Source: Draconibacterium orientale (GTDB lineage: Bacteria; Bacteroidota; Bacteroidia; Bacteroidales; FEN-979). Taken from it: 64,000 nucleotides of DNA. Below are positions 8,911 through 19,300 of the stretch, one piece after another. A program made the position numbers and the translations under genes. Numbering within the stretch: the first letter of the stretch is position 1; every line of letters starts with the position of its first letter. The notes under the pieces are model-generated. The model made no database searches and was not told the origin of the DNA. It saw only the letters and a list, made by a program, of their open reading frames with translations. The stretch covers positions 10,968 to 74,967 of the forward strand of contig DYSO01000001.1 in NCBI GenBank assembly GCA_020718225.1, given 5' to 3'.

Positions 8911-9597
8911 ATGGAAAACCAACCCATTACCATTCTTTTAGTCGATGACGAAACCGATATCCTTGAATTCCTTGGGTATAACCTTGAACGTGAAGGATAC
9001 CGGGTACTGAAGGCAAAAAACGGAAAAAAGGCATTGAAATTAGCGGTGGAACACAAACCACAACTAATCATCCTCGATGTTATGATGCCAGTGATGGACG
9101 GAATGGAAACCTGCTTGGAAATCAGAAAGATACCGGAACTTGAAGGAACTCTGATTGCATTTCTTACCGCCCGGGGCGAGGATTATTCCCAGATTGCCGG
9201 ATTTGAGGCAGGGGCCGATGATTATATTGCAAAACCCATCAAACCCAAAGTTTTCATCAGCCGTGTCCAGGCCATTCTGCGACGGTACAAAGCAGCGCCC
9301 GAAAATGTTAATATCGTGGCAACTAAAAATTTTACCATTGATAAGGACCGGTATGTTGTTGTAAAAAACAATGTTGAAATCACCCTGGCGCGCAAAGAGT
9401 TCGAACTTCTGCTATACCTGGTTTCCCAAATCAACAGGGTGGTTCGGCGGGAGGAGATCTTTGTCCATGTCTGGGGCGAGGATGTAGTGGTAGGCGACCG
9501 TACCATTGACGTTCACATACGCCGGATCCGCGAAAAACTGGATACCGACTGCATCCGGACCATCAAGGGCGTTGGTTATAAATTCGAAGAGGTATGA
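8911..9597 (+). CDS. OmpR/PhoB-family response regulator
   Basis: Receiver domain (LLVDDETDI..., LIILDVMMPVMDG, ADDYIAKP) plus winged-helix output (VEITLARKEFELLLYL...GVGYKF). Confidence 0.92.
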   Translation: MENQPITILLVDDETDILEFLGYNLEREGYRVLKAKNGKKALKLAVEHKPQLIILDVMMPVMDGMETCLEIRKIPELEGTLIAFLTARGEDYSQIAGFEAGADDYIAKPIKPKVFISRVQAILRRYKAAPENVNIVATKNFTIDKDRYVVVKNNVEITLARKEFELLLYLVSQINRVVRREEIFVHVWGEDVVVGDRTIDVHIRRIREKLDTDCIRTIKGVGYKFEEV

Positions 9598-10652
9598 AGT
9601 TCCATGAACCCCGAAACCTGGCTCTTCTCAATGCCCTGATCATCACCGGGATTTATTTTTTTCTTTTTTCCCTTTCATTCCTGTTGATGAATTCCGGTGT
9701 TTTCAACCACTTTTTTTCTTATCTGGTTATTTTTTTCAACTCCCTGCTGATTTTTTTTTCAGTTTATCTCATTTTCCGCTATACCATCGATCATTTTATT
9801 TATAGTAAGATCCGTTTGATATACAAATCAATTCACTCTTTTAAATTGGGGAAAAAAGAAAAACCCGTCATTTTTCCTGAACACGATATCATTGAAAATG
9901 TTCAGGCTGAGGTAGATAACTGGGAAGATGAAAAGCAAAAAGAGATTGAGCAACTGAAAAGACTGGAACAGTACCGGCGTGATTTTATCGGCAATGTTTC
10001 CCATGAATTGAAAACGCCGTTGTTTAATATTCAGGGGTATGTTTCCACCCTTCTCGACGGCGGGTTGGAGGATCCGACAATCAACCGGGAGTACCTGAGA
10101 CGATCAGAAAAAAGCATTGAACGGTTGGTAAAGATCATCGAAAGCCTGGATGAAATTTCACAATTGGAGTCGGGACATATCCGGCTCAATATCTCCAGGT
10201 TCAACCTGGTCGCTTTAACCCAGGAAGTTGTTGAAATGCTTGACATGAAAGCGAACAAACACAACATCCGGATAACCATCAATGAACCTGAAAAAGCTAT
10301 TTTTGTATCGGCCGACAAAGAAAAAATAAGGCAGGTGCTGACCAACATTCTCGACAATTCCATCCGTTACGGGAAAGAGGGAAATGGCCAGGCAAAAATT
10401 ACCTTTTTTGACATGGATGAAAACATCCTGACTGAAATTACCGACAACGGGATAGGGATCGACTCATTGGACCTGGTGCGTGTTTTTGAACGGTTTTACC
10501 GTACCGACCGGGGAAGGGCCATCACCCGGAAAGGGAAAGGGTTGGGTTTGGCCATCGTAAAACACATTGTGGAAGCCCATCAGCAAACCATCCAGGTAAG
10601 GAGTACCATCGGGGTTGGGACTACTTTCGGGTTTACTTTGAAAAAATCCTGA
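9594..10652 (+). CDS. sensor histidine kinase (HisKA + HATPase_c)
   Basis: ATGA overlap with the regulator. Two N-terminal TM segments, H-box FIGNVSHELKTPL, N-box LDNSIRYG, and G-boxes DNGIGI / GKGLGLAIV. Confidence 0.9.
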   Translation: MKFHEPRNLALLNALIITGIYFFLFSLSFLLMNSGVFNHFFSYLVIFFNSLLIFFSVYLIFRYTIDHFIYSKIRLIYKSIHSFKLGKKEKPVIFPEHDIIENVQAEVDNWEDEKQKEIEQLKRLEQYRRDFIGNVSHELKTPLFNIQGYVSTLLDGGLEDPTINREYLRRSEKSIERLVKIIESLDEISQLESGHIRLNISRFNLVALTQEVVEMLDMKANKHNIRITINEPEKAIFVSADKEKIRQVLTNILDNSIRYGKEGNGQAKITFFDMDENILTEITDNGIGIDSLDLVRVFERFYRTDRGRAITRKGKGLGLAIVKHIVEAHQQTIQVRSTIGVGTTFGFTLKKS

Positions 10653-10687
10653 TTTTCAACAACCTGTGCCATTGTTATAAACCGGGG

Positions 10688-11662
10688 TCAGGCTATCCTT
10701 TCGGTCGTAAACAGAACCAGTTGTTCCATCGATTTACGATATTCATTATCCGGAAAAGTTTGAAGAAGCCGGAGTGATTTTTGCCGGTATTCCCCCATTT
10801 TCAAGCGGGCATAATCCACTCCTCCCCGGTTTTTGATCTTTTCTATCAATCTGGCTACTGCTTCGGAATCGGAATGTCCGTTTTTAACCGTATGGATAAT
10901 CCTGCGTTTTTCCATAAAATCCGAATGGTTAAGCAGATAGATCAGGGGCAGGGTCATTTTCTGGTCGCGGATATCGGTTCCATTGGGTTTTCCTGTGATG
11001 GCGGTCTGGTCATAATCAAACAGGTCATCCTTAAGCTGAAAAGCGATTCCCACCGCTTCACCAAATTGCCACATGGTCTGGACCATTTCCTGTGAAACCT
11101 TTACGGAAGCTGCGCCACAAGAGCAACAAGAGGCGATGAGCGATGCTGTTTTTTTCCTGATAATCTCAAAATATACCGATTCTTCAATATCGAGCCTGCG
11201 CGCTTTTTCAATCTGGAGAAGTTCTCCTTCACTCATTTCCCGTACAGCGTTGGAGACAATTTTCAACAGGTTGAATTCATCCTGTTCGAGGGCAATAAGG
11301 AGCCCCTGCGAAAGAAGATAATCGCCAACGAGAACGGCTATTTTATTCTTCCACAAGGCATTGAGTGAAAAAAAACCGCGACGTAAATTGGAATCATCCA
11401 CCACATCATCGTGGACCAGCGTCGCGGTGTGGAGGAGTTCAATCAGGGAGGCGGCCCGGTATGTACTTTCATTCACGGTTCCGCACAGGCTGGCCGACAG
11501 GAAGACAAACACCGGGCGTATCTGTTTCCCTTTTCGTTTAATGATATAGCGTGTGATGGTATCCAGCAAAGGGACAGAACTTTTCATTGAATTTCTGAAT
11601 TTCCCTTCAAATGCATCAATGTGGCGCTGAATGGGGGCTTTTATTTCATTTAAAGAGGCCAG
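10688..11662 (-). CDS. ispB: polyprenyl (octaprenyl-type) diphosphate synthase
   Basis: FARM LVHDDVVDD and SARM FQLKDDLFD. The first ATG (11587) removes the conserved N-terminal helix LNEIKAPIQRHIDAFEGKF, which is in frame upstream. I extended to an in-frame CTG at 11662, giving 324 aa. The start codon is uncertain. Confidence 0.8.
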   Translation of the reverse strand: MASLNEIKAPIQRHIDAFEGKFRNSMKSSVPLLDTITRYIIKRKGKQIRPVFVFLSASLCGTVNESTYRAASLIELLHTATLVHDDVVDDSNLRRGFFSLNALWKNKIAVLVGDYLLSQGLLIALEQDEFNLLKIVSNAVREMSEGELLQIEKARRLDIEESVYFEIIRKKTASLIASCCSCGAASVKVSQEMVQTMWQFGEAVGIAFQLKDDLFDYDQTAITGKPNGTDIRDQKMTLPLIYLLNHSDFMEKRRIIHTVKNGHSDSEAVARLIEKIKNRGGVDYARLKMGEYRQKSLRLLQTFPDNEYRKSMEQLVLFTTERIA

Positions 11663-11759
11663 GGTGGTGAAGATTTTACTGTAAAAATAACAATAATCGA
11701 AGACTTGTATAGGATTTGGATTTGAAAAACCGGAATTTTGCAGCGTTAAAACTCACTTC

Positions 11760-12536
11760 ATGGCTGGTTTTTTATTTTACGAGGTTGTTTTTGGCCCGGT
11801 CAGAAGCCGCCGCCTGGGGCTCTCATTAGGGGTCAACCTGCTTCCGTTGGAATCTAAATTCTGCTCCTTTAACTGTATCTATTGTGAATGTGGCTGGACC
11901 CCCTCTCGCCGCCAGGCTCCGGTTTTACCTTCACGAAAAGAGGTTGCTGCATTTTTGGAACAGCGGCTCAGAGAATTGATAACGGAGGATTATCTTCCCG
12001 ATTCCATCACTTTTGCAGGAAATGGAGAGCCAACCCTACATCCGGATTTTGCCGGGATTATTGAGGATACCATTGCACTTCGCAACCGTTTAATCCCGGA
12101 AGCAAAAGTAACGGTACTGTCAAATTCAAGCATGATCCATTTACCGGATGTTTTCGAAGCCCTGAAAAAAGTCGATAACAACATCTTGAAACTGGATGTC
12201 GGATCTGAGCAGTTGTTCCGGTTGATCAATAACCCGGTTTCCGGTATCGATTTTTCGGATATGATCGAACGGTTAAAACGGTTTAACGGGAAAGTGATCA
12301 TTCAGAGTATGTTTCTTCGGGGAACGTTCCATGGAAAAACAATCGATAATACTACCCCCTCGGAAGTGGCATCCTGGCTAAGCCATCTGGTTGCCATCAA
12401 CCCTGAACTTGTGATGATTTATCCCATCGCACGTGCAACACCGGTTCACACCCTTGAAATCATAAAGGATTCCGAATTGGAATTAATCGCAGATCAAGTT
12501 CGTCGGGCCGGACTCCGGGTCCAGGTTGTTAAATAA
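11760..12536 (+). CDS. radical SAM protein (COG0731-like)
   Basis: GPVRSRRLGLSLGVNLLP followed by the CxxxCxxC cluster CSFNCIYCECGW, then a GNGEPTLHP glycine-rich SAM motif. Confidence 0.8.
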   Translation: MAGFLFYEVVFGPVRSRRLGLSLGVNLLPLESKFCSFNCIYCECGWTPSRRQAPVLPSRKEVAAFLEQRLRELITEDYLPDSITFAGNGEPTLHPDFAGIIEDTIALRNRLIPEAKVTVLSNSSMIHLPDVFEALKKVDNNILKLDVGSEQLFRLINNPVSGIDFSDMIERLKRFNGKVIIQSMFLRGTFHGKTIDNTTPSEVASWLSHLVAINPELVMIYPIARATPVHTLEIIKDSELELIADQVRRAGLRVQVVK

Positions 12537-12547
12537 CCCTGACTGCA

Positions 12548-12952
12548 TTGAAATCGCTCTATTATCCGGCAGAAATCTGGCTTGCTTTTGGAGAAGCCAT
12601 CAACGGGAACGAAGAAATCACGGGGTGGTTAATGAAAAACAAATATCCGGAAGTGGCTGCCCTGGCCCATGCGATCAGGGGGAGCGAAGAGGCAACCGCC
12701 TGGTTGTTCCGCAACAACTATTTTCATCTTTCGGCGCTGGATGCTGCCATTGACGAAAACATGCAGGCTTATCAATGGCTAAAGGCCAACAACCATCCAT
12801 TTTTGATTGTATTTGCCGATGCCTGCCGGGGCAAACAACAGGCCATCCAGTGGTTTAAAGAACGCAACCTCGAAGCTTTCATAATCATTTCACAAAGGAT
12901 CAAATATATAAGGGATAATACGACCTTTGATTACCACAAAAAAAACTTTTAA
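12548..12952 (+). CDS. hypothetical protein with four ~25-aa helical repeats
   Basis: Repeats EEITGWLMKNKYPEVAALAHAIRGS / EEATAWLFRNNYFHLSALDAAIDEN / MQAYQWLKANNHPFLIVFADACRGK / QQAIQWFKERNLEAF. The ORF-track start is a TTG. Function unknown. Confidence 0.45.
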   Translation: MKSLYYPAEIWLAFGEAINGNEEITGWLMKNKYPEVAALAHAIRGSEEATAWLFRNNYFHLSALDAAIDENMQAYQWLKANNHPFLIVFADACRGKQQAIQWFKERNLEAFIIISQRIKYIRDNTTFDYHKKNF

Positions 12953-12956
12953 CCGT

Positions 12957-15635
12957 TTATCCGCATTTGGAATAACCACAACTTTTGCAGACCAGACACC
13001 CCTCCTGATAAACGAGCCCTTCAGGATCGCTGCATTTCGGACAGGCATGTTCGGCGGCTTTGGTCCCATCGGGAATAAATTTTTTGAGTGTTCGCTCAAC
13101 CCCGTTTTTCCAGGTATTGATGGAATCCACTTCAAAGTGAAGTTTGGAAATGATATTGACAACAAAAGGGAGGGGCATCCCATGGCGTAAAATCCCTGAA
13201 ATAAGCTTGGCATAATTCCAATACTCCTTATTGAATGATCGCGATAACCCTTCGATGGTTATTTTATAACCCTGACTGTCTTCAAACTGAAAATCGTACC
13301 TTGAACCAACTCCGTCGGAACGGGATTTTACGATCCATCCTGTTTGTACCCAGGCGGGTACCCAAAAATCTTCGGATAGCCCGGTAAAAATCTCATAGGG
13401 ACGGCCATTCAGAACACCCACAACGGCAACCCATTTTTCATGGTCATTCTGGAACCTGACCACTTCTGCGTCAAGCCTGTCGGGGCGGTGGGGCGCTTTG
13501 GTTTCCCTGAATTCATTGGGATCCTCCTTTGTTTTTTTCTTATCCTTTGAATCGCTGTTTACAAGCACCCCGGCACGGGAACCATCCCGATAAACCGTCA
13601 TTCCTTTACATCCAACTTTCCATGCTGTTTCGTATATGGTACTGATCAGCTCCTCTTTGGTTTCGTTCGGGACATTCACCGTAACACTGATGGAATGATC
13701 GACCCATTTTTGCACGGCCCCCTGCATTTTCACCTTGGCGACCCAATCAACATCGTTGGCTGTCGCTTTGAAAAAAGGTGATTTTCGGATGATGTTTTTT
13801 AACTCTTTTTCATCCAGTCGGGATACTTCTTCAACATTATACCCATTGACAGTAAGCCAGGTCACGAAATTATGGTGAAAAACATGGTATTCTTCCCAGG
13901 TATCGCCGATTTCATCTTTAAAGGTAATCCTGACATTTTTATCATTGGGGTTAACTTTTCGGCGGCGTTTATAGTTAACGGCAAAAACAGGTTCCAATCC
14001 CGACGTCGTCTGGGTGAGGATACTCACGGAGCCGGTGGGGGCAATGGTCAACATGGCGATGTTGCGACGGCCTTGTTTTTTCATCTCTTCATAAACATCC
14101 GGGGCTGCTTCTGCCAGCCTTATAATGAAGGGGTTATCTTTTTCCCGTTCGGTATCATAGATGGGGAAAGGCCCCCGTTCCCGGGCCATGATCACCGAAG
14201 AGCGGTAGGTTTCAATAGCAAGGATTTTATGTACTTCAACCGAAAAATTGGTTGCTTCGTCCGATCCATAACGGGTCCCCAAAGCGGCAAGCATGTCGCC
14301 TTCGGCAGTAATCCCGAAACCGGTTCGCCGTCCCTGGATTGCTTTGTTTTTGATATTCAGCCACATGTTGCGTTCCCGGGCTTTGATCTCTTCTCCTTCG
14401 GGGTCGGCATCGATTTTTTCAAGTATCCGGTCGATTTTTTCCAGTTCCAGGTCGATGATGTCATCCATGATCCGTTGCCCTTTATGGACGTGGGAAATAA
14501 AAAGATCTGAATCAAAACTGGCTTCGGATGTAAAGGGCTTGTCAACATAATTGTACAGGTTAATGGCCATTAACCGGCAACTGTCGTATGGGCACAAAGG
14601 TATTTCGCCACAGGGATTGGTTGAAACGGTGGTGAAGCCAAGGTCGGCATATACATCGGGGATCGATTCCCGGATGATGGTGTCCCAGAACAGAATTCCG
14701 GGTTCGGCTGATTTCCAGGCATTGTGAACAATTTTTTTCCACAACTCGCGCGCTTTTATTTTTCTGGTGACCAGCGGTTTGTCTGAGCCTGTCGGGAAGC
14801 GTTGGATAAACTCCTGGTCGGCGATCACGGAGCGCATAAAATCGTCGGTCAGTTTGACCGAAATGTTTGCCCCGGTCACTTTCCCGGTTTCCAGTTTGGC
14901 GTCGATGAAATGTTCTGCATCGGGATGGGCTATGGAAATACTAAGCATCAAAGCGCCGCGCCGGCCCTCCTGTGCAACTTCACGGGTTGAATTGGAAAAG
15001 CGTTCCATAAAAGGAACAATTCCCGTTGAGGTCATGGCGCTGTTTTTAACGAGGCTGTTTTTGGGCCGGATATGCGACAGGTCGTGCCCCACTCCTCCCC
15101 TGCGTTTCATCAGCTGGACCTGTTCTTCGTCGGTCTTTAATATCGCGCCATAGGAATCGGCGCTCCCATCGTTCCCGATTACAAAACAGTTTGATAAAGA
15201 ACCAATCTGATAGTCGTTGCCAATTCCTGCCATCGGGCTGCCCTGGGGCACAATGTATTTAAAATGGCGAATGAGATCAAATAGTTCCTCCTCGGTCATC
15301 GGATTGGGGTATTTTTTCTCAATCCGGGCAATTTCCCGTGCAATCCGGCGGTGCATGTCATCGGGGGTCAACTCATATAATTGACCCTCCGCGTTTTTTA
15401 AAGCATATTTATTTGCCCATACATTTGCGGCCAGGTCATCTCCATTGAAATATTCTGTTGACTTTTCAATGACTTCAGAAAACGGGTATGTTTTTCTTTG
15501 AAATTCTTCTGATTTTTTATCTCGCATTTCCAATTGTTCAATCGTAACTTTCGGACGGATCCGTTTGGCCAGGACTTCGTTATAATAGTCTGTTTTTGAT
15601 TCTGTTTCCGTAATTTGTACCGGGTTAATTTCCAT
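12957..15635 (-). CDS. nrdJ: adenosylcobalamin-dependent ribonucleoside reductase (class II)
   Basis: 892 aa. RNR catalytic core with STNPCGEIPL, APTGSVS and a long large-subunit barrel. C-terminal Cys4 ribbon CPKC...CLVCKSCGYSKCG. No small-subunit gene is adjacent. Confidence 0.9.
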   Translation of the reverse strand: MEINPVQITETESKTDYYNEVLAKRIRPKVTIEQLEMRDKKSEEFQRKTYPFSEVIEKSTEYFNGDDLAANVWANKYALKNAEGQLYELTPDDMHRRIAREIARIEKKYPNPMTEEELFDLIRHFKYIVPQGSPMAGIGNDYQIGSLSNCFVIGNDGSADSYGAILKTDEEQVQLMKRRGGVGHDLSHIRPKNSLVKNSAMTSTGIVPFMERFSNSTREVAQEGRRGALMLSISIAHPDAEHFIDAKLETGKVTGANISVKLTDDFMRSVIADQEFIQRFPTGSDKPLVTRKIKARELWKKIVHNAWKSAEPGILFWDTIIRESIPDVYADLGFTTVSTNPCGEIPLCPYDSCRLMAINLYNYVDKPFTSEASFDSDLFISHVHKGQRIMDDIIDLELEKIDRILEKIDADPEGEEIKARERNMWLNIKNKAIQGRRTGFGITAEGDMLAALGTRYGSDEATNFSVEVHKILAIETYRSSVIMARERGPFPIYDTEREKDNPFIIRLAEAAPDVYEEMKKQGRRNIAMLTIAPTGSVSILTQTTSGLEPVFAVNYKRRRKVNPNDKNVRITFKDEIGDTWEEYHVFHHNFVTWLTVNGYNVEEVSRLDEKELKNIIRKSPFFKATANDVDWVAKVKMQGAVQKWVDHSISVTVNVPNETKEELISTIYETAWKVGCKGMTVYRDGSRAGVLVNSDSKDKKKTKEDPNEFRETKAPHRPDRLDAEVVRFQNDHEKWVAVVGVLNGRPYEIFTGLSEDFWVPAWVQTGWIVKSRSDGVGSRYDFQFEDSQGYKITIEGLSRSFNKEYWNYAKLISGILRHGMPLPFVVNIISKLHFEVDSINTWKNGVERTLKKFIPDGTKAAEHACPKCSDPEGLVYQEGCLVCKSCGYSKCG

Positions 15636-15850
15636 GTATTAAAAAGGTTATCCGTTGATTGATAATTTCACTAACTCTCTGTTCTTTCGAACGTTTTAAT
15701 AAAAAATCGGGGATTTTTTTGATGAGGCAATATACAACGAAGAACCTTTTTACCGGAATTTAGTTATTAACACCGTTCAGGGGATTGATGTTAAGATATT
15801 GACTTCAAAAAACATAGGCTTTAATAATTCAGGGGATGCCCGGCAGGCCT

Positions 15851-16300
15851 CTATTTCACAGAATTTTCATTTTGCCAGATCAGTTTTTTCCCAAACCCAA
15901 GGCGGGTATCCGTTAATTTGATAAAATCGGGCCTGACTTCCCACAGATGCAATCCGGGTATCAACCTGGCTACCGGGAACCGTTTCAGGTAAACTGACCT
16001 GGCCCTTGCCTGCTCCGTTTCTTCAAGAGAATAGAGTACCCCTGTAAACTGAATGCCCCGGATTTTCCCAACGATTCTGGTTTCAAGCGCTATGGCCCCG
16101 GCAACATAAAAATTGTTGCTTTCCACAATATCGCGTATGTGGCGGGTTTCGGGACCGGAGGTAAAGATGAAGCTGTTTTCGTCCTTTTTATAGACATAAT
16201 AACAGGTGGCACAATAGGGGATATTGTCCCTGGCAACCGCAAGCGTGAGAATATGATGTTCCTGAATAAAATCGACAATCCTTTTTTCGGGCAGTGACAT
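15851..16300 (-). CDS. pyridoxamine 5'-phosphate oxidase-family (YhbP-like) FMN-binding protein
   Basis: 149 aa. HILTLAVARDNIPYCATCYYVY...FIFTS..TRH matches the split-barrel PNPOx-like pattern as I recall it. Confidence 0.65.
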   Translation of the reverse strand: MSLPEKRIVDFIQEHHILTLAVARDNIPYCATCYYVYKKDENSFIFTSGPETRHIRDIVESNNFYVAGAIALETRIVGKIRGIQFTGVLYSLEETEQARARSVYLKRFPVARLIPGLHLWEVRPDFIKLTDTRLGFGKKLIWQNENSVK

Positions 16301-16301
16301 T

Positions 16302-19300
16302 TTAAAAATCGAGGCTGAGTGAAAAATAAAAAACCGGTTTCATGATCTGGCCGTCATCAACGCCCCAGGCCAGGTCGGCCCGGATAAAATATCCGAAAAG
16401 CCGGGTCCTTGCGCCAAACCCAAAACCTTCAACAATCGGATCCTTTTGCATCTCCACTTTTATAAACAATGGGCCATTACGGACATAGCGAACAAATAAC
16501 TGGTTATCGGCCGACCAGGGAGAAGCGCCTGTCCACGCTGTACCGACATCACCGAAAAGAACAATCTGAAAATTATTAATCAGGTCGGACCGGATGGGCC
16601 GGTTGAATAAATACCGGAAAAGCGGCCAACGCAATTCGGTATTATAAACAAAAAAGCTATTCCCATTTCTGATATTTTGGGTAAAACCCCGCATGTTGGT
16701 GGCAAGTGTCTGAAATGCATAATTTTGATCTGTTGCTACCGGAATATCCATATTAAAGCGTGGAAAGAGCCAGTTATCCACTCCGCCCATATAATACAAC
16801 AGCTTGTTGCTTCCGAAAGAGGCGCTGATGGCAAATCGGTTTGCCCAGATCAATGTGCGATGGACTTTTTGATAATTGCGGAAATCCAGCCCCAGAACGA
16901 CCAGATTGTTTCCGGAGGTGTTTAACATCTGGTAATATTCACCGAAAAATTTATACCGTGTCCCCTGGTACAGGTTTACACCCAGAGAGCGGGTGTTGTC
17001 GTAATTCAATTCCCCTTTGATACTGCCCCAAACCGTATGAACGTCGGGAACTTTGAGGTTATACTGATCGGTTGATAAATAGACTGCCCTGTCATAGCGC
17101 ACAGCAGCTGTGCCTTTGATATTGAGAACCGGGTTAAACGGCCAGGTTGCCACATAATATAGTTCATGTATCTTGTGCCTTATGAGCGAATAATAGCCCC
17201 ACTCCTCAACCGCTTTCCGGTGAAAGGTGATTTGATGGTCCAGCCTTCTTTTATAAATCGAATAACTCAGAAGGTATTCATTGTTTATCAGGTTTACATT
17301 GAGCCGGACTCCTCCACTGATGCGGTAATCTTCCATCAGGTCGGTCAATCCGACCATAAACAAAGCATTCAGTCCCGGGTTGATGAAAACCGGCGAGGCG
17401 CTCCCCGTAAATGGCTGATACGCGAAATTCAGATAGGTGAAATCAATTTGGGTAACCATCTGGTCGATGGAATACTCTACGTTATAGTTTAACTGCCTGG
17501 CTGATTTATATTTATTTACCGAATCGCGTTTCCCCAAAAACAAAGAAGAAGAGGCCATCATGGAAAATGGTTCAGACGGTATTTGCTTTTTTCGTGTTGA
17601 ATCACCGATCCACTGATCGATCTGTTGAATTAAACCTGTATTTCCCGATACTGTATCTGAAAGGCGCCACTTCGGGGATATTACTTCGCTTTGCCTGACA
17701 ACAGAAAAATGTTTCCTGCGATGAACAGTAAAAGGTTCTGCAAGATGTAAGCCTGAGTCGGATTTTTTAACCTCAGCGCCGGGTACCGGGAGCGGTTTTT
17801 GATTTATCTGTAAAGGAGAGGGTTGTAATTCAATCCGGTCCACCCGGTCGGGACGGACCAGATCTTCCAGGAACATCCGGTAATTCCTGTTATTATATAT
17901 AATCTCCCCCATTTTAGCCCCTTTGACAGAGATATCCTGTTCCTCAATATTTCTTGAATAATTGGTAATCGGAAAGGTGGTTGTAAAATAACGGTAATGG
18001 GTTGCCGTGTCGATGAAAGCGATGGCGCTGTCGTATTTTCCCAGGTACCGGTTAACAATACCGTTTTGATCCCCAAGGAAACAAAAATAGTGGTCGCTAT
18101 AAGGCAGGGGTTGGGTTTCATGAACGCCGGGAGTATGGGTCAAACGGTGTAAGATATTCTGTTTATCGGCATAATTGTAAAGGAAAAGATCATTGAAATG
18201 GTGTAACTGGTCAATCTTAACCGGATCATCAAACCGGATGGTATCACTCAACCGGTTGGATGAAAAAATAATATCGCGGGAATGGTTGAAAAACCTTGGG
18301 TTTTGATCATCAAACAGGTCACGGGTAATCTGCTCATGCGAACCGGAGGCGATATTATACACAAAAATATCCGATTGCCCTTTCTGAACAGCCGAAAAGA
18401 GCAACAATGAGCCATCGTCGGAATATGAAATGTCGAGGACCTTTTGAAAATTCTCCAGAATCTGACGCGAAAAGCTTTTGTCCTCCCGATCATAAATATA
18501 GAGGCATCTTTTTCCTTTGCGCTCCACAATTAAAGAAAGGGCTTTCCCTCCGGGATGCCAGGCTATCAGTGGAAATGAATAATCGGGGCGTTCGGCCAGC
18601 CGGTAGCCTCCCCGGTAGATCCGTCTTTTTTTTCCTGTCTCCAGGTTCAACAGGAATACCTTATATATTCCGAGCTGATGGGTTGCATAAGCTACCGTTT
18701 GGCCATCTGGGCCGACTTTCAACTGATTGTACAGCCGGCCGGGCTTCTTCTTTTTATTAACCGGGATCCCCGGAGGCAAATTTCGTCCGGATTCCTGCAA
18801 TGTATATACCTCTTTGTAAAATGCCAACCATTCTGTAACAAGCGCCTGAAACGATTGTCCTGTAACATTTTGAAAACCACGTTCTACATTCCGGCTCAGA
18901 CGGGCCATATAAACAATATCGGGAATGGCCGACTCTCCATACTTTAAAGCGATGTATTTCCAGAATGAATGGCCGGCCTGGGTGGCTTCAAGACCGGTAA
19001 GACCATTAAATTTTTCATATCGGCCATTGATAATGGCATCCCTGACCAGGTTTTCCAAACCGGCATCCCATTTCCGGGATATAAATGATATCAGTCCGTT
19101 GGAATACCATTCAGGAATGGTAAAAAGCGCGTTATTCTTAATCTGTGCACCGATACCGGTCCCATACATCATGCTGTTCAGGATCACCTGTGCAATCCCG
19201 GCCCGTATCTGCTGTTCAAAATGTTCATAATCACCATCAAAAAAAAGCATTACCCTGCCCCCGATGATTTTTGTAACCCCTCCGGTATTGTAATAATCCC

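Noticed and set aside
13872-14510. 212-aa plus-strand ORF inside nrdJ (and several shorter ones between 14293 and 15153)
   Set aside because: They are antisense to a strongly supported RNR gene with no recognisable motifs. These are typical shadow ORFs.
15636-15850. Looked for a cobalamin riboswitch or NrdR boxes in the 215-nt region upstream of nrdJ
   Set aside because: I found no B12-box-like GCCACTG core on the coding strand and no palindromic NrdR-type boxes by eye. A covariance-model scan would be needed to exclude them formally.
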